Made by a program: the position numbers and the translations under genes. The notes beneath the pieces are model-generated. The model saw only the letters and a list, made by a program, of their open reading frames with translations, was not told the origin of the DNA and searched no databases. Below, one piece after another: positions 38,891-52,573 of a DNA stretch of 64,000 bases. Within the stretch, counting starts at the first letter, position 1, and each line of letters opens with the position of its first letter. The stretch spans positions 62,558,001-62,622,000 of the forward strand of contig NW_026262581.1 in the NCBI RefSeq assembly GCF_021869535.1, written 5' to 3'. The DNA comes from Mytilus californianus (taxonomy: Eukaryota).

Positions 38891-40214
38891 GAATATAATG
38901 TTCATTTAAATTAATATCAATCAAACTATTAAACTGATATCGATTTTGCAAGTAATATTTATGGTAAGAGTTGAACACACATCAGCTTCTAGATGACTAC
39001 AAAGACCGGATATCAAACGCAAAATTATGCTAGCATTTATGATAACCTAAACTTTCATAATTCTATGAATAATCGAGTTATTTTTCCGATTTTGAGGTTT
39101 AATTAAGAATGGGCCGAACTGTATAGATGAGAAAAAAAAAAACAGTAAAGTCTTTTGATAAGAATAAGAAATTAGTTTTTGTTTATTCAAAAGTACTGTT
39201 CTTTTACCAACTAAAATTGCCTTAGAAATGCTTGTCAATATTGTTATATTTTCCTATTTTGTTATAGACTTTTATTCGGGATTAGGTTATTGGTTGATAC
39301 AAAAACATTAAAAAAAAACGTCGAAATGATATGAAGGATTTGATGTGTCGCCCGTTGACCTAAAATTTGTATGCTTCATAACGAAAATATGTTACTGCAT
39401 CTTGTCTCGGGAGATAATTTTTTTATTCTTCTTTTCTGTGGTAATATAAAACTCTCAACTAACGACAACATGTTTTTGATGCACAAGAGTTTACATCTCC
39501 TTTTATACCATCAGGTAAGCTGCAATCGCTGCTTTTATATCAGAGCCGTTTTCAAAAAGACTTCCAATAGTAAATAGTAATTCACAGTATCACAACCTCA
39601 TGTGACTGTTTCTAACACTCAAAAAAGCTTTCACATGTTCACTTGTCAATCTTTCGATTGTGCAACGGTTCAAATGATAGGTGCTGTTTATAAATTCCAA
39701 ATTTCATAAAGTTATGTAACTTTAATAAAACTAAGGTTGCATTTCCCTCAGCATATAGGACAGTTTAAAATAGAGGTTTAATCCCTTATAGTTTATGTGT
39801 GCTTCAGTATTGGAATGTTGCAATGATACATTTTTGTCTATAAATTTTCAGCTCTTTTACAATAATGTAATAATTGCTTGCACTGAAGCTAATGGCGCAA
39901 CTGGCTAGGGCAAACTTGAAGTTTGTAAAGTCTTTACACTTAACCTATTGGGTGTGTACTGATTGATATCTATGAATACATTATCCAATAATTAGTTGCA
40001 ATTAACTTTGAACTAGCTTTCAGTAAGTGCGAGTACTCTTTAATCGGCACGTTGTGCCTTTAGTCTTTTTAAATTGACTAGCAACGGTTAAAACATTGCC
40101 TAGCAACGGTTAAAACATTGGTTATTTTTGCTCTCAGAAGTAGGAATCTAGCAATGTTTAAAGAATTTGCTTTCATATAATGGTGTTATATTCAATCAGA
40201 CTGATGTTCAAGCC

Positions 40215-41520
40215 AGTGATATCATAGATACCTAAGAATACTTGCAACATGTGCACAACATCCAACTATTCGTGCTCCTGCTTTGAGGTTGCACTTTATA
40301 AATACAGCTGCTTCACAAGCCACGCCTCTTTTGGGGAGATATATAATATTCATAGATATTTTGATTTGTTTACGTACTGGTTCCCAGATATGATCTCTAT
40401 GTTTCATCTCATAGAGAAATAACTTGGGAATGTTACCAGTATAAAAACACATTGAAGCGGTGATAATTGAATTCTCAGAAAGACCCAAAATGAAGGTAGG
40501 GGTAGTACAGAATTTTAGTTTAAGTTTAAACTCTTTATAAGTTCGCGGCATACAAACGTTGAAAATATGCCGCACAGCCCTATGTTTTGACCTTTAAATA
40601 AAAAAGTAGTGCATATCAACTTTCCATTCTAGGATATAATTTTTTACGAAACTTCATAGTAAAAGTGGCACAGCTTTAGCCGCAAAGGAAGTTCCTATGG
40701 GAAATTGCATTGTCTATATTTACAGAAGTGCAACCTATATAATGTATAATACCATCCTTTTATATCTCATTCGCCACTGAAACTAATAAGTAAAGGAAGT
40801 TTAAATCTGTGACTTGAATGTATTTAAATTTTAAGCAGGTTTTCTTTAGTTCTGCACACATACAGTTTAAATCTTCCGTCTTCACCCTCATTTTCTCTTC
40901 ACATAATTAAAGACCTGTTTCGGCTGATATACTCCATTGTTATTTCTCGTAATTTATCAATACTGAGAACAGAAAAATCTAATTGCATCAAGAACATTTG
41001 ATGCATCTACTAATTTGTACACGGGCATTTTGTCATCTAGCCTCCCTCCGTCACTTTCTTTTGAATTTCATTTCCCTTTTTGCATTTTTCTAGCATGGCT
41101 TCAGCAATACTTATACCTTCAGGGTTTGTATTAGCAAGTGGTGGGCGAAACTTGTTACAAAAAGCACATACTATGCGTAGGAAATCCCCAAGGCTTTGTA
41201 TAAAATGATTTGAAACTTCTTTGTCAAAAAATCTTCATTGGTTGACACCAGCATTTACGCTTGACCCGCCTGACTTTCATAACAAGCCTACTTGTGTTAG
41301 TTTCTTCTGTAGAATGCTGTTTTGACCCTTCATGTAAACAGGCATTTCGACATTATGACCTTGTTCCCTTATGCAGTCTCGGAATCCCCGGTCTACAACA
41401 CATACATTGCTAGTCTCTAACCATTTATTCATATCTTCTGCATTAACATAAATCATATGCTTCCTAATATCTGCATCATTATTATTTGCGTTTGCAAAGT
41501 ATAGACCCAGAACTGACAGA
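40215..41520 (-). mobile_element. Decayed ISL2EU/PIF-Harbinger-type DDE transposase with C-terminal SWIM-like finger
   Basis: VVDRGFRD...QHSTEETNTSRLV (about 41260-41420) and CNLKAGARIVGCCAHVASILRYL (about 40222-40300), with multiple stops and frameshifts. Confidence 0.75.
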
Positions 41521-41899
41521 ATATATCAATCAAATTATTGGGAGGTTTTAAATGTATTATATTTATAAAAGACCCTGAAAAAAATATTTAACAAAGGGAA
41601 TTGAAACAATTTTATTGGAAAAAGTGCACTCAAAATTTAACAAATTTGCACTTGCAGAAGGTAGAAAAACCACCATTTTTGGTGTCAGATCAGAGTTAGG
41701 TACTAGCCTACCAATTCTGTTTTCTGTATTATGTGCTTTTTAACATGATAAAATATTGGAAGAGGCTACCCAACTTTGAAAATGATTATACCATACTAAA
41801 GTAGCTTTTTAAGAATCATGGTAGGGATGTAATCACTATACTCTTTTTTTTCTTTTTTTTTTTTAATAGATAATACTAGTATGAGTCATTTATTGGAAA

Positions 41900-42320
41900 G
41901 AGATCTTAAAATAATCAACAATTGTGTATTGCACAATATGGATATTCTTTACATGCCACATTCATACATTTATGGACAGGAGAACTAATTAATAACAATA
42001 AACATAAGCCTAAATATAAAAATAGCTTAAAACAAAGTTTAAGAATTGCTTTCGGCTTGAAGCATCTAAAATATGGCAATGAAAACCAAAGTAGAGTGCT
42101 TAGTAGACTTTGTGTACATATCTTAAATATTAAAGAGGAAAGATGTAAGAATATGGAAATTAAAGATAGAACATGTGATCCTAGCCATAATGAAGTAGAA
42201 GATAAGGTTCACTTCTTATTTGAGTTTCCGTGTCTTCATGATTTGAGATTTTTTTTTCAGCAAACATCTTAAAAACTTTTTTTCATTTTCGTCTGATAAT
42301 AAATTTATTTGGTTATTGAG
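41900..42320 (+). mobile_element. Decayed 3' end of a LINE ORF2
   Basis: TCDPSHNEVEDKVHFLFEFPCLHDLR resembles the C..C...VEDE.HF...C..Y..LR C-terminal motif of CR1/L2-group LINEs. Confidence 0.55.
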
Positions 42321-42460
42321 TAATGATAATACAAATATAATATTGAAATAAAGTTGAATGTTGCAAGAGAGAAGAACCACGTTCATAACTAATTTACTCA
42401 TTCGTACAATTAGACAGTGCTATTATGGATAAGGAGTTATCTCCCTTTCCTTTGAAGTGA

Positions 42461-42810
42461 TTAGACCTAACTTTCGAGTTATGTCCTTCACCGGAAAAGT
42501 TCGTCAATTATGCGCGCCTTTATGACGTCATTTACCAGATAGGGGACCGCCTGTATCCCTGCACTATTAAAGTTCATCAAGCGTCTTCGTGATCGTCATT
42601 GTGCAGGATAAACTAAATATAATGTTTATTCCGTAGGTACTTAATCACAATTCCCTAATGGCAGCAGTGCTGATTATCAATTATAAGAATTTAATTTGCC
42701 GAATAATTCGCGCAATATAGCATCATATTTTTTCAACCGCTCGCTCACGAATGATGTTCACTAAAACCAAAGTTTTTGACGGAAATGCAACGAATTCGAA
42801 AGTGGTCTAT
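42461..42810. mobile_element. Non-autonomous DNA transposon (MITE), ~350 bp
   Basis: Left TAGACCTAACTTTCGAGTT versus right AATTCGAAAGTGGTCTA. The same left terminus occurs at 12543 (TATAGACCAATTTCGAGTT). Confidence 0.6.
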
Positions 42811-45800
42811 TATATTATACTGAATTTGTAGTTTTTTTTTGTCTGCTCCATTATGTTTAATACTCAGTTACAAAAATCATGTTATGTTTATTTATGAATT
42901 TGTTAATTAGTTAAGAATGACTTTTCTGTTCTGCTAAGGGACCATGGTTGGCTTAATATTATACGGATCGTCTGGGTCACATTAAGTTATTTACTCCTAA
43001 AATTCTATGCACATGAATGAAATAACTCAGTCACTTGAAAACTTAATCAAAGTGAAAGGACGAAACAAAAATTGAAAGGTTGATGGGAATAAAGCTTGTT
43101 TGTGTGTTACAGGGGGATTGTACGTCAATAAAATTTACATATTCATTGAGTAAAATGAATAAGGATTCGAAAGTTATCTTCTTGAAAACGGATATATTAC
43201 GAATTCGAGATAGAAATTTGCCATCCCAAGTTTGGGTCGGCAATTTCCATGTTCTTTACTTCGAATGCGCTCTGACGTCAAACGGCCCCGGCAAATGTCA
43301 AAAAAACGGTTGTCAGAAGTCAGAGATGGCAAGGAGCATACCATTTTATTTTGTTGAACCGGATAACAACCTAATATCATAAGTTACAATGGTCTGAAGT
43401 TTGGTTTTCATAAAACATAAATATAAATAGTAGGTTTACGTTAATGACGCTGTTCATTTGATATCCTATATTGATCTTTTTTGTATGCGCTTTCAATTAG
43501 TTGTTCAATAATGATAGCATACAAAGATGGTTATTGAAACATTTTAAAGTATACACCGAAAAGTGCTCTGTCATTCTATCAGTTTTTCATTCGGTAACTC
43601 ATTTGGGAAACCTGCATAATTTAATAATTAATTCAGTTATTCCAAATAACCATGGTGCGAAATGAATGTTAAGGTTTTATCAACACTAAAGTAGTCGTTC
43701 GTTCGGACACAAAAAGGAAGATATCAGTTTATTTACACTTAAATCTAGTTACACATTTTGACAGATGAACTCCAATATTATAATATTTACAACACCCGTT
43801 TTTAGAAAGTTCCAAAGTCATACAAACGTCGTTTTTGTGGCCCATTGATTTTAATGATATATATAAAATAAATTTATGGTTGTAATTATTATTTTATCGC
43901 GTCTCTCGAACTTAACAAGTACTAGGTAATCTGAAAGTAAGCAAGTGAACAGATATTTAACCAAATAGAAAGCGAGTAATGTAATAAAATGTGTGCAAAT
44001 GAATGAAAATTAAAATAAATAAGGTTAAACTTGACGAGATACGACATACTTAATGCAGTATTTGTTAGCATGTCTTACTACACTTTCAAGAGCACTTACT
44101 TTTATTTAATATATATTATGCTTACTTCAATATATATTTCCTTATTTAATACAACTGTACACCTATGTAACCAGAATGTTTGCAAGATACATTTACGGTA
44201 TGCATATGATCTATAGTCATTGTTCCTCAAGACTTGAAAGAAATAGCTAGTGACTTCGAAGAAAAGGATATATTATTAAACTTGCAAGTTGGCCACCATT
44301 TGATGTTGACCTGTTACGGAATTACTCTCACAGATGACCCTTTCTATTTTAATTTGTTTTGTATGAACTCTTGACCATTTCTCGTTTAGGATTTACAACC
44401 ATATTTAAACATGAGAAAATTTGCGATACAGAAATCCAACATGAACTTCTTTCACACATATTTTTATTTAGGTCAACGTTACCGAGTCCTCACTGTTCTA
44501 TATAATGTTTTTGCCTTTTTTTCTTTTACCAATGATATCTGTACAACATAGTTGTTCCATTGTGGTATCTTTACATTTTTAGTCAGACTTATATTATATC
44601 CTTTCGATGAAAAAAAGATCCCTATCTCTGCTATAGAGTTTTATTTGATCTGTATAAAGTGAACAATTTTCAAAAAGGAAATTTCATACACTTCAAATGT
44701 TGGCCATACTGGACGAGTAGTTATCCAAAAGCGGAAAAAATTTCATTAATTTTTAATCGTTTGAAGGTTTTTGTGGCATTCAAAATATAATCCTGGAATA
44801 TGGATTTCTAAAAACCCAAAATAAGCATCATATTTTTTCTTTAATCTTAAGAGACGTTCTATATACATGTCATATGTAAGCATCAATGGATATAGAGTAT
44901 CATGGCCACTCGTATAATTTTTCAGATTTAAGTTATTATATTTGTATTATATGTTGACTTTACCTACTAGTAATTAGAGTTAAAATAAATTAATTAGTAC
45001 AAACCTTTTCTAAAGTGTTTTTTTTCCCAAAACAAATAATATCGGGATTTTTTCTAAAAACATCTACCTTTATATGGCTTATCTTTCCGTGTTTTTGAAA
45101 AGCAATTAGGATCTTTGTATATTCCTTTGAATTTTCTTGTGGTTAAAATTTTAGTCACCAATAGAATTTAATGAAATGAAATTATAGTTATACACTATAA
45201 TATATATTATTGATTGATTGTTGGTTTGCTTAACGTCCAGTGGCAAATATTTCATGCATAATATAATATATATGTGTCGTACTGACTTTTCTGCTACGTC
45301 TGATGACTTTTCTCACCTGGTGTTAAACAAAGAGAAAGTTCTAGTAAATAAAGATGTTTATTCTTGGAAATCAGTAATCAAAAGTGCTTACAAATTTTAC
45401 ACAATAAAAATAGCAATCTCACTTGATACTAAATTTAGAATTTCAAATATGAACTAAATCAAGGGACATAACTCTATGCAAATTTTAACTATTTAAATAA
45501 AACTTGCCCAAACTCTATTTTATCAAGTGGAACAGCTTTACAAAACTTTACGTACAGGTTAATGCGTAATACAATATGTAAAATAAACCGTATCATTTCA
45601 ACTATAAGAAACTTAATTTCTAATGTTTTATATAATATTGTGTTGCTATGGAAACAATAAACTTTTAAAATTAATAAAATCTCAATATTTAATCGCATAA
45701 AATGTAATACCAAACACAATTTATTTCTGAATAAATTGGTATGTAAATAACTTTGCATAAGGCTTAAAAAGTATTTACTGTTTTGAAAAATATTAAATAA

Positions 45801-46574
45801 AGAATATAGTACCCATGTTGCTAGGCAACAAATATTCACTTCAGTCATGAGTTCTGTGTGTGTGTGTGTAATACAATAAAATTAACTAAATTCAATATAT
45901 TTATAAGTTCTAAAGTCAATTCAAAATGTTCAAACAATTTTGTAAACAAACTGAAATCCTGCGGAAAAGTGTCGCTTGTTATAGTAAAACTATGAATTGC
46001 CAAAGACAACATTTTAATATAACATATGTATAACCTTTACAGAATGTGATTTCTTTTATGTATACACTGTTTGTATATAATGAAAAGTATCACTTTATAA
46101 ATTTTGTGTGTAATAGTGCTTTTCTTGGTTTATATGTTGTACTTACATCTGAAACATTGAAATTAAACAGATTTCAAAGGCAAGGATGTATAAGTACTTG
46201 AGTATGTAAGGAGGTATATGACCAAAAAGGACCTAGACAGAATAGTAAAACCCATCTAACTCGAGCTTTGTCTGATGGAGTTGGAACGTACATTGCTTAA
46301 TAATTTATAAATTTACCTCAGCAGCATAATACAGATATTCAATATCGGTAACGGATTCAGGTAGAGGCATAAAGGGCGGTTGTCCTCTTTTTGATTGATA
46401 AACAACATGTTTCATTTTTTGGCATAAGATTGTCAACATTTTTTTAAACCATTGCAAACAATACTTACCCCCCCCCCCCCCCCCCCCCCCCTTCCTAATT
46501 TCCCTGAACCATGGATCCGCCTTTAAAAATGGGGTAATTGTCAACCATTTCTGTTTTTGCACTAGCACTCATTT

Positions 46575-46970
46575 GTGTTTTTGTTTGATGCATTTCTATT
46601 TTGTATCCATCTGATGAGTTAAGCCTTTTCCAACTGATTTTTATAAAACAAACATGTTTAACCCAACCACATTATGTATGTGCCTGTCCAAAGTCAGGAG
46701 CCTGTAGTTCAGTGGTTGTTGTTGGTTCATGTCTGTCATATTTGCTTTTCGTAAACTGTTTTGTTATAAATTAGGCCGTTAGTTTTCTCAATTGAATTGT
46801 TTCATATTTTTCATGTCGGGGCCTTTTATAGCCGTCCACACGCCACGGTATGGGGTTTTCTCATCGTTGAAGGCCGTACGGTTGCCTATAATTGCTTACA
46901 TCCACTTCATTTGAACTTTGTGGATAGTTGTCTCATTGGCAATCATACCACATCTCCATATTTTTATATA
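46575..46970 (+). mobile_element. Family B 3' region with 5'-deleted twister (46651-46715)
   Basis: Colinear with 54240-54650 except for loss of the segment between ACTGATTTTTATA and AACATGTTTAACCC. Confidence 0.85.
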
Positions 46971-47607
46971 AAATTAATGTTGTACCTTGAGAAATTCTTT
47001 GTTATATAATAATCTAGATTTCATGATTTCATGCATCTGAGTAATTTGTTATGTTAATATGCTATCATCCCCTCGGGTAAAAATGAGCAGTTATTCGTTC
47101 ATTAATGATTTTTTTGTCAAGTGTAGGAGATTAAAAGTGGAATAATTTAAAAAAAAAACTTTCTTAAATTGGAAGTTAAAACAATATATGAGGTGATTTG
47201 GTTTCTTTTTAGTTCACGTGAAAAACTAATATAGAATGCTTACTAGTATTAACTGGAATGATGATTTCCCAAAGTTTTCTCAACTTTAGAACTCCATCAA
47301 AATCTAATGGTCTTCCTCCTCTGAAGGTTTTTGTCTTTCTCCAACTCTCTGGTACACTCTGGCATTTTGGATGTGAACTGAATGACAATGGTATTTCATA
47401 CAACCTCAGTCCTTTTCTATTTGGATTAATTAATTAATTATGTGAAAAATGTACACTGCACACAAACAATTGTTCAAATAAATCTGGTATTCCAGCCTCT
47501 GTAACAATTTCAAACGCACCAGTTTCTGTGAATATGGAACATCATCTGAACAATTAGTCACCCTTTTTCGATGTGTTAAAAAATTCAGGAATGTAGGATA
47601 CGTTCCA

Positions 47608-47912
47608 ATTGTCGTAACTACAATCCCGTCCCCTTTTCCCCGAATGTTACATACCAAATTAGACTTATCACCAGGTTTGTACTAACATGAGCAACACGAC
47701 GGGTGCCACATGTGGAGCATGATCTGCTTACCCTTCCGGATCACCTGAGATCACCCCCAGTTTTTGGTGGGACGTGTTGCTTAGTTTTTGGCTTTCTATG
47801 TTGTGTTTTGTGTACTGTTGTTTGTTTGTCTTTTCTTTTGTAGCCAAGGCGTTGTCAGTTTATTTTCGACTTGTGAGTTTGAATGTCCCTTTGGTATCCT
47901 TCGCCTCTCTTT
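47608..47912 (+). mobile_element. Penelope-like family A 3' UTR
   Basis: Reverse complement of 29837-29990. The terminal GGTATCCTTCGCCTCTCTT also occurs inverted at about 59130-59165. Confidence 0.8.
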
Positions 47913-48049
47913 TAACAATGTTCTTAAATTACTGTCTGCATATTTATGTTGAAATTAACATAAGTACAGGTTATAGGATATATACAATGTTTGACAAATT
48001 AATTATACATGCACCTTATCAAATAAACAGACATATATACCATATATTC

Positions 48050-48150
48050 CGTTTGAATGGTTTTACACTAGTAATTTTTTTGTGGCCCTTTATAGCTTGC
48101 TGTTCGGTGTGAGCCAATGCTCCGTGTTGAAGGCCGTACCTTGACCTATA
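48050..48150 (+). mobile_element. Family B-related tail fragment
   Basis: CCGTTTGAATGGTTTTACA...GGCCCTTTATAGCT...GTTGAAGGCCGTAC...GACCTATA. Confidence 0.6.
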
Positions 48151-49849
48151 ACATTGTGGTAACATTATGATAGAATAAAGACTACCTCAAAACTTTGATA
48201 AATCAATACCCAAAGGGTTCATTTTCGTAGACTTGTACAAGTCAAAATAATTAGCTTCTTTTGTTCTTTGCAGTAAATTTTTTTCTTTGAAAGGCATAAA
48301 CTATTGACAGTGAGTCTTTCAGCAACCAACAATCAATTAATGTTTTTTTCAAGATATTATAGTTTCTTTCTCCTTGGTTTCTATGCACAAGTTAGGCATT
48401 ATGAAGCGTGTCAGTTGTACAAACCTCCTTGCGAATTTATTTAATCGTACGGAGGAAATTTCTCGAAAGATTCGTATGAAAAAAATTAATATTACCAGTT
48501 ATTACTTTAGCATTTGGTAATTGGAATTTTTGTTAGTTGTTACAGGAAGTTTACTGCTGGAATTTTTATCTTAACAATTACGAGAGTCTGGGATATATAG
48601 ATATATTCACATGTACTAATACATCATGCCATTTAGACCTGTGATGAATAAGGGCCTTTGTATATTTTTGCTGGACATGCATGACTGGCCGTAATTGGAA
48701 CCAATACCTCGTGCTAGGAGAATGCCATGAGTAAGAGAGACCTCGAACCTAATATTTAAGGGATTCGTCAGAAGAAAGCTCAAATAATTGCTACAAAGAA
48801 CAATCAACTAATTGCTTCAAAAAAAGAAAATTAAAAAAAATACGTATACCTATTGGTCTATCCCTGATATGTAGTGAAAACAGAAAGCTCGTAGACCTGT
48901 GCATGCCAATTGTAACATAACAACTGTAATAGTGTGTTCCACAAAATGAGGACTCAATTATCACTTATCTAAGGTGCATGCCTCGTTCTACAAGGGATAG
49001 TCTACATAGTGGTAATGCCTTACATCACTTTAAAACTTTAAGGTTGCGATCACGAGTTCACTTTGTCCATAGTTTCAAACAGATGGCTGGCTATGTAGGA
49101 TCTGTTTTGCATCAGAATTAAATTTTATTCAACACAATTGCTTGCTCCAATGATACATTTAGAGTCAACTCTCATCTAGATACATCCTGTAATATTAATT
49201 CCACTGATAACTGAGATTAGAAATCAGCTGTTGATGTATGTACATTTCTTGAAATACAAAAGTTTTATGCATAATGTAGGTTTCTTTTCAATTTTGATGA
49301 GATCTTTTTAGTCACACCAGTAAGGAATTTGATTTTCCTTTTTAATTCCATTAAATATGTTTATGTTCTCTTTAGCAAAAAAAAAAGAAGTAAACTTTCA
49401 GTTTTTAATTACTTTTTCGATATACAATATGATTTGTAAGTCAAAAAACAGAACCTACAACTAAAATGCTTTAAAAAGAAATCTTATACCAAAAATCTTC
49501 TTGCTTTAAGAGTATCTTGTAATCTAAATTTGATTTTTCTCATTTTGTCACAAATAGTCTGCCAGCAAAGTTATATAATCGACAAGAAATAAAAGTGATA
49601 TCATGATAATCTTTATTGTGATATAAACAAATTAAAAATGTTTTATATGCAGTCAATAATAATCTTTAGATACATATTTTTCGTTACATACATTACGCAG
49701 ACTAACATATTTTTCGTTACATACATTACCCGGACTACCATTCGTTTAATTTTATTTGAGTACTAAGTCTTTTTCTGGAATTATGAATGGAAAAAGTTTC
49801 CATCTAAATACAGTTTTATAGTATTTTTTTCCCCAATTTTTGACATTTT

Positions 49850-50110
49850 GACTCTTATGTCTGTTTGTTTTACTCACACATTGTTGTCAATATAATTGAA
49901 TTCTTTATGACTGACATACAAGTGAGAGGTTTAGCTAGCTATAAAACCAGGTCTAATCCACCATTTTCTACACAAGGAAATGCCTGTACCAAGTCAGGAA
50001 TATGACAGTTGTTTTCCATTCTTTTGATGTGTTTGAGCTTTTGACATTGCCATTTGATAAGGGACTTTCCGTTTTGAATTTTCTTTGGAGTTCGGTATTT
50101 TTGCTTTTTT
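49850..50110 (+). mobile_element. Repeat family E (retroelement 3'-region-like) carrying a twister motif
   Basis: An inverted second copy lies at about 50500-50775. No ORF is attached in this window. Confidence 0.75.
49910..50009 (+). ncRNA. Type-P5 twister ribozyme candidate, core intact
   Basis: P5 ACUGACAUA/UAUGACAGU (8 of 9 pairs); GA-GGU at 49926-30; UAA at 49954-56; T2 AC/GU; P3 AUUUUCU/AGGAAAU; P4 CCUG/CAGG; L4 UACCAAGU with T1 ACC/GGU. P2 is short and imperfect. Confidence 0.7.
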
Positions 50111-50618
50111 TTTCTCCCACCCCCTTTTATCCGGTTTACCATCCCAAATATATTTTCTTTGGTGTTGGACGGTTGTCACATGCAACTCATTTCTAGAGTA
50201 ATATCATTCAGGTTTTTTTTAGGTTTGACTTTAGAACATTTTATTGAGTTTTGACTTCAATATGTCAATTGAAGGCTAAAATGGCCATTTTGTAAACAGA
50301 TCTGAAATGGTTAAGATATGAAATGCTCAGATATTTAAAAAGCTCTTTCTCATTCAAAATGCACAAATTTCCCTTGTAGTCTGTTATGATATGTAAGCCT
50401 ATTCAACCAACCAAATTATTAAATGGTACATTAACATAGTCACCTGAATTTCTCAAATCCGGCTTTAAAACTGAGGCCAAATCGGTTTGCGCTTTGCTTG
50501 GCTGTGTTGGATGTATAATTAAAAAAGTATAACAACTCCATGGTAAATTCAGAAAGGGGTAGTCCAATAAAAAACTGACAAAATCCAACGTTATCAAACA
50601 ACAGAACGAGTGAAAAGT

Positions 50619-50712
50619 AACTGTCATATTCCAGATTTGGTACAGGCTTTCGGAAAATGCTGGGTTAAACCCGGTTTTGTAGCTAGCTAAACCTCACATT
50701 TGTATGACAGTT
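50619..50712 (-). ncRNA. Type-P5 twister motif, degenerate (family E, second copy)
   Basis: Perfect P5 AACUGUCAUA/UAUGACAGUU, with GAGGU and UAA present. L4 is UACCAAAU, and P4 and P3 are mutated. Confidence 0.55.
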
Positions 50713-50940
50713 GCTTGTAGTTCCGTTTTATAGACAAAATTGGGTGAGCAACCCAAACAGACATAATAGATTAATGTGACAATAATTGTCAAAACTGTGT
50801 AAACATTAATCACAGATATACAACACAACTGACTAAACAATTCAAACAAACATACAACTCAATCTAACGAAAAAAGTTTTGTCGTTGATAATAAGTTCAA
50901 CTTGGCAAAGACGCAGGATAGAACATACCGTGTATAGAAA

Positions 50941-52020
50941 TATAAAAATAAGATGTGGTATAATTGACAATGAGACAGCTCTCCACCAGAGACCAAATGA
51001 CATAGAAATTAACGACTATTGGTCACCGTACGGCCTTCAACAATGAGCAAACCCCATACCGCAAAGTCAGCTATAAAAGGTCCCGAAATGAAAATGTAAA
51101 ACAATTCAAACGAGAAAAATAACGGCCTGATTTATGAACAAAATAATGAACGAAAAACATATATGATATATAGCAACAAACGACAACAACTGAATTACAG
51201 GCTCCTGACATATGTCGGTGTAACAGTACAACATATGAAAACTATAAAAATCAATTGATAAGGGCTTAACTCATCAGATCACACAACACAGACAGGACGT
51301 GGCAGGGTATTTATACATCCCTACAACAAAAAAGACACTAAGTACAGATCTGAGAGTACATGCACTCGCCGTTACTGACAGCTAGTTCAAAGCCAATAAC
51401 AACTTATAAAAAAATCATGTATCTAAGACTAAAGTATCAATCAGCACACATCAAACAGCCAATGGATTTAGTATAAAGACGTCATTAACAGTCAGAGAAA
51501 AATATGACCTTGTGCAATGCCAAAATACAGGAATCGACAGATTATAAAACCGTGAATGTGCATATGTATATGTATATGTATATAACAATAATGTTAGTTT
51601 GGTTTTAATTTACTGATAACAAAATCAATATCTATACAAATAAACAATATTTAAAGATCTAATTACAGTGTTGAATTGGTAACCATTTAGAATAAGTTTA
51701 TTTAAAGGATCGATTAGTTTACCCGGATCGTATCTAAATTTCCGGGCTCGATAAACAACAGCTCCGTAAAAATTATGTGCTATCCCGTTTGACATAAGTT
51801 TTCTACAGGTACAGCCAAACTTACAAACATAATCTTTGTATCTATGGAAGAATTTAGTAAAGGTTTTAAGTAATTTGTGGTAACGAAATCCATGACTTAA
51901 TAATTTACCAGTAATACATAGATAACGTTCACTGAAATCCAAGACGTCACTACAGACCCGGGCATAGCGAACGAGTTGTGAAATAAACACCGTAAGATGG
52001 TGCCAAAGGAACATCACCAC
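50941..52020 (-). mobile_element. Penelope-like (Naiad-type) family B, RT C-terminus plus 3' region
   Basis: ORF 51625-52020 (ISQLVRYARVC...KLLSHGFRYHKLLKTF) followed by the family B 3' region. It is an inverted counterpart of 53500-54653. Confidence 0.9.
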
Positions 52021-52573
52021 CCATCAAAACTCTTTCTCGATAAAGTAAAAATTAAGTAAAATTTAAATTCAAGGGTAAACAAAATGGAAACAACACTGTC
52101 AAAACTTCCGAAAAGTCCGAATTACCTCAGGACCTACCAGGAATGCCCAAAGTAAAAAACTCGTCAGCGGGATGCATAAATACCAAGTCATGTCAAAAGT
52201 CATACGACCGAAAGAAACAACAACAGGAAGACAAATAAAGGAAAATCTGTAAAGAGAATAAAGATACGCAAATTCAGCACTTAGAATCTATAACTCACGA
52301 CCATCTTGTATTATTTGTGAAGTAGACACTGAATATTTATTTATTAGGTCTTGGTACTTTCCGATGAACTTTTTGATAAAAGACGAGACGTTCTTTGACT
52401 AAACCCTGGCTCATTATTTTTTTTGCACAGACTTCGATGACGTCTAAGTAGCAGCTGCAAGTTCTTGAATATCGTATGAGTTTAGAAATGTATACTCCAT
52501 ACCCAGGTAACGTTGATATATTGCTGCTAAGGTGAGGAAACGATTTAAAATTTAAAAATTGAAATCGTCTCGC

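Noticed and set aside
40078-40120. 22-bp tandem duplication (also a 33-bp pair at 49672-49737 and a 47-bp pair at 31529-31622)
   Set aside because: Ordinary slippage duplications with no sign of function.
48616-49200. Possible minus-strand exons or decayed transposase
   Set aside because: There are multiple stops, weak donors and no recognisable motif.
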